64,000 nt of DNA from assembly GCA_036399795.1 (NCBI GenBank), contig DASWML010000001.1:42712-106711 (forward strand), read 5' to 3'. Both the position numbers and the translations under genes were made by a program. Below the pieces are notes generated by a model. That model saw only the letters and a list, made by a program, of their open reading frames with translations, was not told the DNA's origin and ran no database searches. Source of the stretch: Flavobacterium sp. (GTDB lineage Bacteria; Bacteroidota; Bacteroidia; Flavobacteriales; Flavobacteriaceae). Below, piece after piece: positions 44,315 to 55,049 of this stretch (position 1 is its first letter; every line of letters begins with the position of its first letter).

Positions 44315-46417
44315 ATGGATCGCCTGCTGCAAACATCGATAGAATTCCTGAAAGGCGTCGGCCCCAACCGCGGCGAGCTGTTGCGCAAAGAACTCGGCAT
44401 CAGGACTTATGGCGATTTGCTGAATTTTTATCCCAACCGGTATATCGACCGTACGCGATATTATAAAATCAACGAGCTGCAGAACGCGGCGGCCGAAGTT
44501 CAGATTATAGGTAAGATTCTCAATGTCCGGACTGTCGACCAAAAGCGCGGCAGCCGGCTTGTGGCAACATTCCATGATGAAACCGGACAAATGGAACTTG
44601 TGTGGTTCCATGGAATCAAATGGATTCGCGAAAGCCTGAAAATTAATGTTCCGGTTGTCATTTTCGGAAAATGCACATCCTTTAATGGCGTATTCAATTT
44701 GCCCCATCCGGAGATTGAACCACTTGCGGAACATCGGGAAAGCCTGCGTTCGGCGATGCAACCGGTTTATCCATCAACAGAAACGCTTTCAAACCGCGGG
44801 ATCAGCAACCGTGTCGTCAGCAGGATGATTCAGCAATTGTTTCAGGAAACACAGGCGCGCTTTGCTGAAACCCTTCCGGCAGCGCTGATGGAAGAATTGA
44901 AGCTGATCCCTAAAAATGCCGCGCTTTTCAATATTCATTTCCCGACAAATGCTGAAAACCTTTCACTGGCACGCTTCCGGCTGAAGTTTGAAGAGTTGTT
45001 TTTCATCCAACTGCAACTGATCTCGAAGAACATCATCCGGAAACAGAAAATCAGAGGTCATGCATTTGATAAAGTTGGTGATTATTTCAATTCTTTTTAT
45101 AAAAACCACCTTCCGTTTGAGCTGACCAACGCACAGAAAAAGGTCTTGAAAGAGATCCGCAATGATATGGGCTGCCCGGCGCAAATGAACCGCCTGCTTC
45201 AGGGAGATGTTGGCTCGGGGAAGACAATCGTTGCATTGATGAGCATGTTGCTCGCCCTTGACAATGGATTTCAGACATGCCTGATGGCACCAACAGAAAT
45301 ACTTGCATCCCAACATTTTAATGGTCTCACTGAGCTTGCTAAAGACTTAAATATCAATATTAAACTGCTGACAGGTTCAACAAAGACTTCAGAACGATCG
45401 ATAATCCATGAGGAGCTCGAAAATGGTACACTTCACATTATTATAGGAACGCACGCTTTACTTGAGGATAAAGTCCGATTTAAAAATCTCGGACTTGCAA
45501 TCATTGATGAGCAACACCGTTTCGGAGTGGAACAGCGCTCCAGACTCTGGAAAAAAAATACCATTCCGCCGCATGTTCTGGTGATGACCGCCACACCGAT
45601 ACCGCGTACCCTGGCGATGAGCCTTTATGGAGATCTTGATGTTTCTGTGATCGACGAACTTCCCCCGGGACGGAAGCCGATCCAGACTGTTCATCGTTTC
45701 GACTCAAACCGGCTCAAAGTGTGGAAATTCATCCGGGATGAAATCGCAAAAGGCAGGCAGATTTACATCGTTTATCCGCTGATCCAGGAAAGCGAAAAGC
45801 TGGATTACAAAGACCTGATGGATGGTTATGAAAGCATTTCACGGGATTTTCCGCTTCCGCAGTATTCCGTTTCTATTGTACATGGAAAAATGAAACCGGC
45901 CGAAAAAGATGCCGAAATGAAGCGTTTCTCCCAGGGAAAAACCAATATTATGGTTGCAACCACCGTAATTGAAGTTGGCGTTAACGTACCTAATGCCAGT
46001 GTCATGATCATTGAAAGCGCCGAGCGTTTCGGATTGTCGCAACTGCATCAGCTTCGGGGTCGCGTCGGGCGTGGCGCCGAACAAAGTTATTGCATCCTGA
46101 TGACCGGACACAAACTCAGCAACGACAGCAAGACACGAATGGAAACAATGGTCAGGACCAACGACGGGTTTGAAATTGCTGAAGTAGACCTCAGGCTTCG
46201 CGGCCCGGGCGATTTGATGGGAACGCAGCAAAGCGGCGTACTGAACCTGCAGATAGCCGACATTGTACGCGATCGTGATATCCTTCAGTTGGCAAGAATC
46301 CACGCGATACAGCTTCTAAAGGAAGATCCGGCGATGGCAAAACCTGAAAATTCGGCACTTCGAAATGCCTACCTTAACCTGTCGCAGAAGAAGAATATCT
46401 GGAACTATATCAGCTAA
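44315..46417 (+). CDS. recG: ATP-dependent DNA helicase RecG
   Basis: An N-terminal wedge/OB region is present, with Walker A GDVGSGKT, DEQHRFG, and QLHQLRGRVGRG in motif VI. Confidence 0.95.
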   Translation: MDRLLQTSIEFLKGVGPNRGELLRKELGIRTYGDLLNFYPNRYIDRTRYYKINELQNAAAEVQIIGKILNVRTVDQKRGSRLVATFHDETGQMELVWFHGIKWIRESLKINVPVVIFGKCTSFNGVFNLPHPEIEPLAEHRESLRSAMQPVYPSTETLSNRGISNRVVSRMIQQLFQETQARFAETLPAALMEELKLIPKNAALFNIHFPTNAENLSLARFRLKFEELFFIQLQLISKNIIRKQKIRGHAFDKVGDYFNSFYKNHLPFELTNAQKKVLKEIRNDMGCPAQMNRLLQGDVGSGKTIVALMSMLLALDNGFQTCLMAPTEILASQHFNGLTELAKDLNINIKLLTGSTKTSERSIIHEELENGTLHIIIGTHALLEDKVRFKNLGLAIIDEQHRFGVEQRSRLWKKNTIPPHVLVMTATPIPRTLAMSLYGDLDVSVIDELPPGRKPIQTVHRFDSNRLKVWKFIRDEIAKGRQIYIVYPLIQESEKLDYKDLMDGYESISRDFPLPQYSVSIVHGKMKPAEKDAEMKRFSQGKTNIMVATTVIEVGVNVPNASVMIIESAERFGLSQLHQLRGRVGRGAEQSYCILMTGHKLSNDSKTRMETMVRTNDGFEIAEVDLRLRGPGDLMGTQQSGVLNLQIADIVRDRDILQLARIHAIQLLKEDPAMAKPENSALRNAYLNLSQKKNIWNYIS

Positions 46418-46424
46418 AAAAAAA

Positions 46425-46440
46425 CTGCCGCTAAGGGCAG
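46425..46440. terminator. hairpin CTGCC-GCTAAG-GGCAG between convergent recG and the catalase gene
   Basis: A9 precedes the hairpin (T9 on the minus strand). TTTA follows it on the plus strand. Confidence 0.6.
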
Positions 46441-46447
46441 TTTATGA

Positions 46448-47341
46448 TTACAAATTCTTGAAAACCGACTTAATAAAGCCTTCTTCCCCATCTTTGCCCA
46501 TCATTTGTGCCTGTTGGGCAAATCCATCGGGATGCGGTGGCCCAAGGACCGGTTTATCGCCAAATGGCATCGCTTTTTCAAAAGTGAACTCCCCTTTTTT
46601 GTCGATTGATTGTCCGGTTGCCCATCTTCCCTGATGCGAATTATTATCGTCATTCACTTCAGTTGCAATGTTTGTTGATAAAAATGTATACGCAAATTTA
46701 TGATTTTCTTCTGTTTGCGGGAATGTGTTCGGAATTGGGATGTTGCCTTCAAATCCTCCAATTTCTTCAAGTACTGCCAACCATTGGTTTTGGTGCATGG
46801 TATCGCGTGCGATCAGGAAAGACAGCATGTCCTTCATTCCTTTATCATTTGTAGAATTCCACAAACGTGTTGCAAGGACGCGTCCGGTCGATTCGGCCAT
46901 TACGTTTGCATACATATCAGCCGCTAAATTTCCGCTGCCTACTACCCATGAACCATTGAACGGAACACCGTTAGAGTCAGCAGCAAGGGCAGCCATACCT
47001 GCAGAAAGGTAATGTCTTGGATCGGCCCCGCCCATAATCGCTTCAAGAATCGGGCTGTCTGCCACCATTTCATCCTTAAACGCACTTGACGCTGGCTCGA
47101 GGTTTAATGCTACCGCCGTGGCAAGCATCTCAATATGCGCAATTTCTTCGGTACCTGTTTCCATCAGCATGTCGCGGTATTTTACTGGTCCGCGTGAACC
47201 CCATGCCTGAAAAAGATATTGCAGGCAAACACGGATTTCACCTTCGATCCCGCCAATTGCCTGTTGCAGCAGCTTGGCGAACATCGGGTCGGGTTTGTCA
47301 ACTTTTACTTCATACTGAAGCTTTGAATCGTGGTAAAACAT
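46448..47341 (-). CDS. manganese (non-haem) catalase
   Basis: MFYHDSKLQYEVKVDKPDP, IGGIEGEIRVCLQYLFQAW and TEEIAHIEMLATAV are di-Mn ferritin-like catalase signatures. The ATG is at 47341; the ORF-track start is TTG. Confidence 0.9.
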   Translation of the reverse strand: MFYHDSKLQYEVKVDKPDPMFAKLLQQAIGGIEGEIRVCLQYLFQAWGSRGPVKYRDMLMETGTEEIAHIEMLATAVALNLEPASSAFKDEMVADSPILEAIMGGADPRHYLSAGMAALAADSNGVPFNGSWVVGSGNLAADMYANVMAESTGRVLATRLWNSTNDKGMKDMLSFLIARDTMHQNQWLAVLEEIGGFEGNIPIPNTFPQTEENHKFAYTFLSTNIATEVNDDNNSHQGRWATGQSIDKKGEFTFEKAMPFGDKPVLGPPHPDGFAQQAQMMGKDGEEGFIKSVFKNL

Positions 47342-47538
47342 AGTCAATCATTTTAGTTAATAATAATAGTCTGCAGGTCATTGTCTGATTTGTAAAGAGA
47401 CAAAATCATTCGAAGAACTAATTATATGATTTACCTGTTTATTTGCAGGATTTCAGCATGTTATGAATCAAATTTGACATTTGTATGCACAGATGTTAAA
47501 TAAATTTAAAGGTCAAAAACATTATCGATTATTAAAAG

Positions 47539-47546
47539 TAGCTTTG
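47539..47546 (+). promoter_or_regulatory. -7 promoter box TAGCTTTG for the efflux operon
   Basis: An exact TAnnTTTG match lies 48 nt upstream of the ATG at 47594. Confidence 0.4.
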
Positions 47547-47593
47547 CTCCTCACTACAACAGCAGCCAAAAACTGCACATTTTACAGCCTTTT

Positions 47594-48664
47594 ATGAAGA
47601 TCAAGCACATTGTCTATGCCTTATTGATTATAGGATTGGGAGCCTTTATTTTTTACCGCATCAGCGAAAATAAAAGCGGTGAAAATGATGCAAAGGAAAA
47701 AGGTGGCGGCGAAATGAATAAAAAACCTTCTGTTATTTCCGGGATTGTACTGCAGCCGCGTGAATTTGCCGACAATCTTGCTTTATCAGGATCTATCGAA
47801 GCAAATGAACAGGTGGATATTCGCAGTGAAGTTTCAGGAGTTGTCGAAAGCATCAACTTCAGCGAAGGATCCACAGTTTCTAAAGGACAGGTTCTTTTCC
47901 GGGTAAACGATACGGAATTGCGCGCCCAACTGGCACAAGCCAAAACAAGGCAGAACCTTGCCTCCGAAAATGAACGCCGCGCCAACCTCCTGCTGCAAAA
48001 GGAAGCGATCAGCCGGGAAGAATATGATATCGCAAGCGCTGATTTTAAAACCGCACAGGCACAAACGCAACTCATCAATGCCCAATTATCAAAAACTTCG
48101 ATACGTGCGCCATTTTCAGGAAAAATTGGGTTACGGTCAATTTCAAGGGGAACTTATGTGACACCTGAAACCGTCGTGGCGAAGCTCGTCAATATGAACC
48201 AGGTGAAAATAACTTTTTCAATTCCGGAAAAATATGCCGCGCAAATGAAAACCGGAAATGCACTCTCCTTCACAACTGCCGGTTCCCGCGAAGAATTCAA
48301 GGCGCGCATTTATGCCATTGAGCCAGAAGTTGAAATTGAAACGCGCACACTGCGCCTGCGTGCCATTGCCGAAAATCCGGAAGGAAAGCTGCTCCCCGGG
48401 ACTTTCGCAAACGTAATCCTGCCGCTTGACCGGATCAGCGATGCGCTGCTTGTTCCTACCGAAGCCCTCATTCCGATCCAGAATGGCAAAAAGATCTTCA
48501 TTTCTGAAAACGGCAAAGCCAAAGAAGTGATCGTGGAAACAGGTGCAAGAACCGAAAAAGACATTCTCGTCACATCCGGACTGAAGGCCGGCGACACCGT
48601 TCTTACAACAGGTGTGATGACATTAAAAGACGGCGCTCCGGTTAAAGTCAGGATCGCACAATAA
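47594..48664 (+). CDS. efflux RND transporter periplasmic adaptor (MFP) subunit
   Basis: An N-terminal TM anchor and the HlyD/biotinyl-lipoyl-like motif (VDIRSEVSGVVESINFSEGSTVSKGQVLFRV) are present. IRAPFSGKIGLR is also present. Confidence 0.9.
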   Translation: MKIKHIVYALLIIGLGAFIFYRISENKSGENDAKEKGGGEMNKKPSVISGIVLQPREFADNLALSGSIEANEQVDIRSEVSGVVESINFSEGSTVSKGQVLFRVNDTELRAQLAQAKTRQNLASENERRANLLLQKEAISREEYDIASADFKTAQAQTQLINAQLSKTSIRAPFSGKIGLRSISRGTYVTPETVVAKLVNMNQVKITFSIPEKYAAQMKTGNALSFTTAGSREEFKARIYAIEPEVEIETRTLRLRAIAENPEGKLLPGTFANVILPLDRISDALLVPTEALIPIQNGKKIFISENGKAKEVIVETGARTEKDILVTSGLKAGDTVLTTGVMTLKDGAPVKVRIAQ

Positions 48665-48673
48665 ATTATCCGC

Positions 48674-51600
48674 ATGAGTTTATCAACATTAAGCATAAAA
48701 CGTCCGGTACTTACCATTGTAATGAATCTCGCACTGATTCTCTTTGGTATCATCGGCTACACATATTTAGGGATACGGGAATTTCCTTCAATCGATCCAG
48801 CACAAATTTCTGTCAGAACGAATTACGCCGGCGCGAATGCCGACATCATCGAATCCCAGATTACCGAACCGTTGGAGAAAGCAATCAATTCAATCGACGG
48901 AATCCGGAACATTACTTCCTCCAGCAACCAGGGATCGAGCAATATCACGATAGAATTCAACCTCGATAAAAACCTGGAAGAGGCGGCGAATGACGTTCGT
49001 GACAAAGTATCGCAGGCTGTAAGAAGCCTTCCGCAGGATATTGATGCGCCGCCGGTGGTTTCAAAAGCGGATGCCGATTCAGAAGCGATCATTGCAATGA
49101 CCTTGCAGAGCGACAACAAAAACGTACTTGAACTGTCAGATTATGCAGAAAATGTCATCGCACAACGACTGCAGACGATTCCCGGCGTGAGCAGCGTGCA
49201 AATCTGGGGTCAGCGGAAATATGCCATGCGGCTCTGGATCGACCCGGTCCGGCTGGCATCATACGGACTGACAGTTTCCGATGTCCGTGAAGCGCTGGAA
49301 GCACAGAATGTAGAACTTCCTTCCGGAAAGTTAACCGGCGCAAATACTGAACTGACAGTCAAAACCCTGGGAAACCTTTCTTCAGAAGAAGAATTCAACA
49401 ACATCATCATTCTCGCCCAGGGTGAAAAAATTGTGCGCCTGAGCGATATCGGAAAAGCCTCGCTTGAAGCGGAAAATCTCGAGACAAAACTCAGCGAATC
49501 CGGTCAGCCTATGGTCGGACTCGGGATTATCCCACAACCGGGAACAAATTATCTTGACATTGCCGACAGTTTTTATGCGCAATATGAGCAGATGCAAAGG
49601 GATTTGCCAAAAGATTATAAAATAAACGTTGCCATCGACAATACGGTTTTCGTTAAAAAAGCCGTGACTGAAGTTGTTGAAACCCTGGCCATATCGGTCA
49701 TATTGGTAATCCTTATCATTTATCTTTTCTTCAGGAACTGGGCAATCGCTTTCAGGCCGCTCATCGATATTCCGGTTTCCCTGATTGCGACGTTTTTCAT
49801 CATGTGGATGATGGGCTTTTCGGTTAACGTACTGACTTTGCTCGCCATTGTACTGGCAACAGGATTGGTGGTTGATGACGGAATCGTTGTCACAGAAAAT
49901 ATCTTTAAAAAGGTCGAGGAAGGCATGTCGCCCATTGAAGCAGCAATTAAGGGCTCGAATGAAATATTTTTTGCTGTCATCTCGATTTCCATAACACTTG
50001 CCGCCGTTTTCCTTCCGGTAATTTTCCTTGAAGGATTTGTAGGCCGTCTTTTCAGGGAATTCGGTGTGGTCATTGGCGCAGCGGTATTGATATCGGCATT
50101 TGTTTCCCTGACGCTGACACCGATGCTGAACGCTTACCTGATGAAAAGCGGAGAACAGAAACGCTCCAAATTCTATGATTTTACCGAGCCTTATTTCGTC
50201 AGGCTGAACCAGGGATATGCAAATTCGCTTAAAAAATTCATGAATCGGAAATGGCTCAGCTTCCCGATCATCCTGGTATGTCTTGGATTGATATTTCTAT
50301 TTTTCAGCACCATACAAAAAGAAACCGCGCCATACGATGACAGGAGTTTCGTAAGCGTAAATGCCACGGCTCCGGAAGGCGCTTCTTACGAATACATGGA
50401 CCGTTTCATGCAGGAACTGTCGCAGCTTGTAAACGATTCCATTCCGGAAAAAAAGGTGGCGCTGATCATTACTTCGCCGGGATTTGGTTCGGCATCAGTA
50501 AACAGCGGCCGTGCAAGGATCGCGCTTGTTGAACCTGAAGATCGGGAACGTTCGCAAAAAGAAATTGCCGATAAACTCACAAAACTTACAAAACGTTATC
50601 CTGAAGCCAGAACCAATGTTTCTGAAACGCCTACCATTGCAGTAAACCGCCGTGGTGGACTTCCTATACAATACATTATCCAAGCTCCGAATTTTGCGAA
50701 ACTCCAGGAAAAAATTCCGCAGTTTATGGAAGAAGCCGCGCAGGATCCGACATTCTCAAATACCGATGTCAATCTTAAATTTAACAAGCCTGAGATTTAT
50801 GTCACCATCGACCGTGAGAAAGCCCAAAGTCTCGGTGTTTCTGTAATTGATGTAGCCCAAACACTGCAGCTTTCTCTCAGCGGACAACGGTTTGGCTATT
50901 TTATGATGAACGGAAAACAATACCAGGTCATGGGCCAGTTCGATAAGAAAGACCGTGACGCGCCAATGGATTTGACTTCGATGTTTGTAAAAAACGACCA
51001 GGGCCAGTTGATCCAGCTTGACAATCTTGTGACCATCGAAGAACAAAGCAGCCCGCCGCAGCTTTACCACAACAACAGATATATGTCGGCTACCGTTTCG
51101 GCAGGCCTTGCGCCGGGAAAAAGTATCAGTGACGGAATTGAAGCGATGGAACGCATTAAAGAAAAAGTCCTTGATGAAAGTTTCACGACAGACCTTGCCG
51201 GTGAATCGCGCGACTTTGCTGAAAGCAATTCAAACACTGCTTTTGCTTTCGGGCTTGCTTTGCTGTTGATCTTCCTGATTCTTGCAGCCCAGTTTGAAAG
51301 TTTCATCGATCCGTTCATCATCATTCTGACTGTCCCGATGGCGGTAGCCGGAGCATTGTTTTCGCTCTGGCTGTTTGACCAGACATGGAATATCTTCAGT
51401 CAGATTGGAACAATTATGCTTATCGGGCTCGTAACGAAAAACGGAATCCTGATCGTGGAATTTGCCAACCAGCTCCGCGAGCAGGGAAAATCGAAATACG
51501 ATGCGATTGTCGAGGCCTCGGAAGCGCGTTTGCGCCCGATCCTGATGACAAGCCTTGCCATTGCACTCGGCGCATTGCCTATTGCATTGTCACTGGGAGC

Positions 51601-51781
51601 GGCATCCACAAGCCGGATCGGAATGGGTGTTGTTATCGTTGGCGGAACTTTATTTTCGCTGATCCTGACGCTATTCGTAATCCCGGCGATCTACATGATG
51701 TGGTCACGGGAAAGAAAACACCGGCCGGAATTTGAACATGCAGAACAATATGAAAAAGAAGCAGCAGCCCATGGAATGTAA
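48674..51781 (+). CDS. efflux RND transporter permease (AcrB/HAE1-type)
   Basis: It is 1035 aa with a 12-TM layout. Conserved motifs include LAIVLATGLVVDDGIVVTENI and GLVTKNGILIVEFAN. Confidence 0.95.
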   Translation: MSLSTLSIKRPVLTIVMNLALILFGIIGYTYLGIREFPSIDPAQISVRTNYAGANADIIESQITEPLEKAINSIDGIRNITSSSNQGSSNITIEFNLDKNLEEAANDVRDKVSQAVRSLPQDIDAPPVVSKADADSEAIIAMTLQSDNKNVLELSDYAENVIAQRLQTIPGVSSVQIWGQRKYAMRLWIDPVRLASYGLTVSDVREALEAQNVELPSGKLTGANTELTVKTLGNLSSEEEFNNIIILAQGEKIVRLSDIGKASLEAENLETKLSESGQPMVGLGIIPQPGTNYLDIADSFYAQYEQMQRDLPKDYKINVAIDNTVFVKKAVTEVVETLAISVILVILIIYLFFRNWAIAFRPLIDIPVSLIATFFIMWMMGFSVNVLTLLAIVLATGLVVDDGIVVTENIFKKVEEGMSPIEAAIKGSNEIFFAVISISITLAAVFLPVIFLEGFVGRLFREFGVVIGAAVLISAFVSLTLTPMLNAYLMKSGEQKRSKFYDFTEPYFVRLNQGYANSLKKFMNRKWLSFPIILVCLGLIFLFFSTIQKETAPYDDRSFVSVNATAPEGASYEYMDRFMQELSQLVNDSIPEKKVALIITSPGFGSASVNSGRARIALVEPEDRERSQKEIADKLTKLTKRYPEARTNVSETPTIAVNRRGGLPIQYIIQAPNFAKLQEKIPQFMEEAAQDPTFSNTDVNLKFNKPEIYVTIDREKAQSLGVSVIDVAQTLQLSLSGQRFGYFMMNGKQYQVMGQFDKKDRDAPMDLTSMFVKNDQGQLIQLDNLVTIEEQSSPPQLYHNNRYMSATVSAGLAPGKSISDGIEAMERIKEKVLDESFTTDLAGESRDFAESNSNTAFAFGLALLLIFLILAAQFESFIDPFIIILTVPMAVAGALFSLWLFDQTWNIFSQIGTIMLIGLVTKNGILIVEFANQLREQGKSKYDAIVEASEARLRPILMTSLAIALGALPIALSLGAASTSRIGMGVVIVGGTLFSLILTLFVIPAIYMMWSRERKHRPEFEHAEQYEKEAAAHGM

Positions 51782-53075
51782 AACAATTTTAAAAATTGTC
51801 TTGTTTTTTGTCGGCTTTCACCTGCAGGCGCAGGAATTGCTTACCGTTGAGGATGCTGTAAAAATCGCACTCGAAAACAATTACGACATTAGGCTGTCGA
51901 GGAATGACCTGCGGATAGACCAGGAAAACGTAACCTTGGGAAATGCGGGAATTCTTCCTACGGTCGATGCCACGATTACCGACAATAATAATATCCAGAA
52001 CAGTTCCCAAACCCGAAGCGACGGCACGACCACAAGTCTTGACAATGCGCGCAACAACAGCCTGAACTACGGCGTAAACCTCGGCTGGACTATTTTTGAC
52101 GGATTCAGGATGTTTGCGCGTTATGATCAGCTTAAAGAACTTCGGAAATTGGGTGAGGCCGAACTGCAATTGACTGTCCTGACCAAAGTTGGCGACGTGA
52201 TGTCGGCCTATTTCGACCTGGTCCAGCAACAGCAACAGCTTACCGCTCTTGACACGACGATTGTAATTTCGCAGCAGCGTGTGAATACGGCGCAGAACCG
52301 CTTCACCATTGGGAAGGCTGCGAGGCTTGAAGTCCTAAACGCACAGGTCGATCTTAATACCGATACAACCAATTTGCTTCGCCAGCAGGAATTGTATGCG
52401 AATTCTAAAGTCCGCCTTAATGAAATCATGGCACGTGATGTTAAAACTGATTTCCGTGTTGCAGATTCACTTGAAGTGGATTCGGCGCTTCTTCTTCCCG
52501 AACTGACGGCATTGGCCGAAAAGCAAAATCCGCAACTCCAGGCGCAAATCATTAACCGTCGGATTGCAGAGCTGCAATTGAAGCAGGTCAAAGCAGGAAG
52601 ATTTCCGACTTTGAGTGTCAATACCGGATATAATTTCTCCGAATCTGAATCGAGCCTCGGCTTTACTTCGGCATCTTCTGCACGAGGTTTTAACTATGGC
52701 TTCAGCGCTTCGATGAATATCTTTGACGGCTTCAACCAGAGAAGGAACGAAAGGGTTGCGCGCCTCCAGATCGACAATTCTAAAATTTTAATCGAACAGC
52801 AGTCACAAGCGCTGTATTCACAATTGTCAACCGCATATCAGACTTATCTGACCAACATCAGGCTTATTGATCTTGAGGAAAAAAATCAGGCGCTTGCCCG
52901 GCAGAATCTCGATATTACGTTGGAAAAATACCGCATCGGAACCATCACCACACTGGAATTCAGGACTGCACAACTAAACTATGTCAATGCCACCGTCCGG
53001 TACAGCAATGCGCAGTTTCAGGCTAAGCTTTCAGAAATTGCCCTTAAAGAACTTGCGGGCAACCTGACGTTTTAA
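51750..53075 (+). CDS. TolC-family outer membrane efflux protein
   Basis: A duplicated OEP repeat is present, and LTVEDAVKIALENNYDIR is a typical N-terminus. The start is ambiguous (51732, 51750 or 51771). All three candidates overlap the 3' end of the RND gene. Confidence 0.85.
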   Translation: MKKKQQPMECKTILKIVLFFVGFHLQAQELLTVEDAVKIALENNYDIRLSRNDLRIDQENVTLGNAGILPTVDATITDNNNIQNSSQTRSDGTTTSLDNARNNSLNYGVNLGWTIFDGFRMFARYDQLKELRKLGEAELQLTVLTKVGDVMSAYFDLVQQQQQLTALDTTIVISQQRVNTAQNRFTIGKAARLEVLNAQVDLNTDTTNLLRQQELYANSKVRLNEIMARDVKTDFRVADSLEVDSALLLPELTALAEKQNPQLQAQIINRRIAELQLKQVKAGRFPTLSVNTGYNFSESESSLGFTSASSARGFNYGFSASMNIFDGFNQRRNERVARLQIDNSKILIEQQSQALYSQLSTAYQTYLTNIRLIDLEEKNQALARQNLDITLEKYRIGTITTLEFRTAQLNYVNATVRYSNAQFQAKLSEIALKELAGNLTF

Positions 53076-53087
53076 CTTCAGGTTTGT

Positions 53088-53095
53088 TAATTTTG
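53088..53095 (+). promoter_or_regulatory. -7 promoter box TAATTTTG for the bestrophin-like gene
   Basis: An exact match lies 15 nt upstream of the ATG at 53110. Confidence 0.45.
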
Positions 53096-53109
53096 CGCAA
53101 AGCTTTACG

Positions 53110-53970
53110 ATGATCTCTTACAATACCAAAGACTGGTTCACATTCATTTTCCGTTTTCACAGGGCTGACACCTTCAGGACATTGCTTCCGCTGATGGCAG
53201 CCATCGGTTTTTATTCTGCGGCAATCGCATTTCTTGAAATGGAAGTCTGGCAGCTCGGCGAAAGCAGTCATGTGAAGAACATTACCATCATGCACGGAAT
53301 GTTGGGCTTTGTGATCTCGCTGCTTTTGGTTTTCCGGACAAATACTGCGTACGACCGTTGGTGGGAAGGGCGAAAAATGTGGGGCGGACTCGTAAACAGC
53401 AGCCGCAACCTCGCGCTTAAGATCAGCGCAATGGCTACCGACGCCGCTGACCGAGATTTCTTCAGAAAGACCATTCCGCAATATGCATTTATTCTTCATC
53501 ACCATCTGAACGACAGCGATACGGCGATGCAGCTTTCTGAGGATTATCCTGATATAGATCATGAAAAACACAAGCCGAACCAGGTCGCGCGGCTTATCTA
53601 CGAACAAATCAATACAATGTATTCGCAAGGGAAAATCTCCGACAGCCAATTGCTGATCCTGAACAACGAATTTCAGTCGCTGACCGATATTTGCGGCGCC
53701 TGTGAGCGGATCAAGAATACGCCTATTCCCTACTCTTACAGTGCTTTCCTGAAGAAATTCATTTTCTTTTACGTGATGACACTTCCCTTCGGATATGTTT
53801 TCAATCTCGGTTACTATGTGATTCCGGTTGTTGTTTTCATTTTTTACGTGTTGGCCAGCCTGGAGCTGATTGCCGAGGAAATTGAGGATCCGTTCGGGAA
53901 CGATGCCAATGATCTTCCGACAGAAAAAATAGCTTCGAACATCAAAAGGCACATCGAGGAAATCATATAA
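53110..53970 (+). CDS. bestrophin-family (UPF0187/YneE) anion channel
   Basis: FRTNTAYDRWWEGRKMWG, PIPYSYS and EEIEDPFG are signatures of the family. Four TM helices are present. Confidence 0.85.
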   Translation: MISYNTKDWFTFIFRFHRADTFRTLLPLMAAIGFYSAAIAFLEMEVWQLGESSHVKNITIMHGMLGFVISLLLVFRTNTAYDRWWEGRKMWGGLVNSSRNLALKISAMATDAADRDFFRKTIPQYAFILHHHLNDSDTAMQLSEDYPDIDHEKHKPNQVARLIYEQINTMYSQGKISDSQLLILNNEFQSLTDICGACERIKNTPIPYSYSAFLKKFIFFYVMTLPFGYVFNLGYYVIPVVVFIFYVLASLELIAEEIEDPFGNDANDLPTEKIASNIKRHIEEII

Positions 53971-53975
53971 AAAAA

Positions 53976-53991
53976 GGGACTTAATAGTCCC
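53976..53991. terminator. short hairpin GGGAC-TTAATA-GTCCC between convergent genes
   Basis: An A7 run precedes it (T7 on the minus strand). The loop contains the stop codon of the minus-strand SDR gene. Confidence 0.35.
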
Positions 53992-54868
53992 CGTTTACCA
54001 TTCCTTTCTTCGCGTTAATGCTTTGTCTTTCCCTTTCCGATGCCGGATGTTTGGTTTGGCTGCGGCCATCCTTATCACTCGGTGCCATTTGTTTGGACAT
54101 TGTTTTCGCAATCATACTGTCGGGCATAAGTGTATTCATGGCTTCCTGCGCCTTGTTCTTGAACCCAGGAATTACCACAGCATCGCCGTCCATGAGTCCG
54201 TCATAACCGGCTTGGGCGACTTCTTCCGCAGTATACATTGAAGATTCTTTATATACTTTTGTGTTTTCAGCTCTGGCTTTGTGGAAGAAATCCGTGTCGG
54301 TTGCATCCGGCCGCAGGACCGTAAGTGTTACGTTTGTTTCTTTCATTTCTTCTATCAGCGCTTCAGTAAACGAAAGCACGAAAGCTTTTGTGGCCGCGTA
54401 TACCGCAAAATAGGGTGACGGCGCTTTGGAAACCGCTGATGCCAATTGAAGGATTTTGCCGCTGTTCCGGTCTTCCATTTCTTTCAGATAATACTTCGTG
54501 AGGCTCATGAGCGAGATGATGTTCAACTGTACAAGATCGCGCTCCCGTTGAAGTGCGGTTTCGGTAAACCTGCCCCATTCGCCTTGGCCGGCATCATTAA
54601 CGAGGACATCGATCGTGATATTCTGGTCGCGCGTCCAACTGTAAATCTTTTCAGGTGCGCCGGGTTCAAAAAGATCGATGGCGAAAGTATGTGTATGGAT
54701 TTGGTTTGAGATCGCTTCCATTTCCCTAGCAGTTTCCTTAAGGTTATCTTCATTTCTTGCCACCAGCACAAGATTATAGCCATCTTTGGCAAAAAGTTTG
54801 GCAAGTTCATAACCAATACCGCTGGTTGCGCCGGTAATCAATGCATGTTTTTGTTGTTGGTTTTCCAT
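53981..54868 (-). CDS. SDR family oxidoreductase (classical)
   Basis: ALITGATSGIGYELA, NDAG and YAATKAFVLSFTEAL (YxxxK) are present. Confidence 0.85.
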   Translation of the reverse strand: MENQQQKHALITGATSGIGYELAKLFAKDGYNLVLVARNEDNLKETAREMEAISNQIHTHTFAIDLFEPGAPEKIYSWTRDQNITIDVLVNDAGQGEWGRFTETALQRERDLVQLNIISLMSLTKYYLKEMEDRNSGKILQLASAVSKAPSPYFAVYAATKAFVLSFTEALIEEMKETNVTLTVLRPDATDTDFFHKARAENTKVYKESSMYTAEEVAQAGYDGLMDGDAVVIPGFKNKAQEAMNTLMPDSMIAKTMSKQMAPSDKDGRSQTKHPASERERQSINAKKGMVNGDY

Positions 54869-55020
54869 GGTTTGTGATATTTGTTTAGCTCAAAGGTGTC
54901 GAAATGCCGTAAATTTTCACTTACATTTTCAGGAGAAATAGTTATAGGATTAGCTGCTATTTGTGCCGATAAAATCTGTTTTTGCGATATAATTATTCGC
55001 AGTTCAATAGTTTCAATTAG

Positions 55021-55028
55021 TATCTTTG
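55021..55028 (+). promoter_or_regulatory. -7 promoter box TATCTTTG for pheT
   Basis: An exact match lies 22 nt upstream of the ATG at 55050. Confidence 0.5.
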
Positions 55029-55049
55029 CACGCGTAATTTTTTTTGAGG

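Noticed and set aside
53044-53952. 302-aa ORF on the minus strand
   Set aside because: It is fully antisense to the bestrophin-family gene, whose family motifs (RTNTAYDRWWEGR, EEIEDPFG) are unambiguous on the plus strand. The antisense translation is low-complexity, has no recognisable family and lacks a promoter box.
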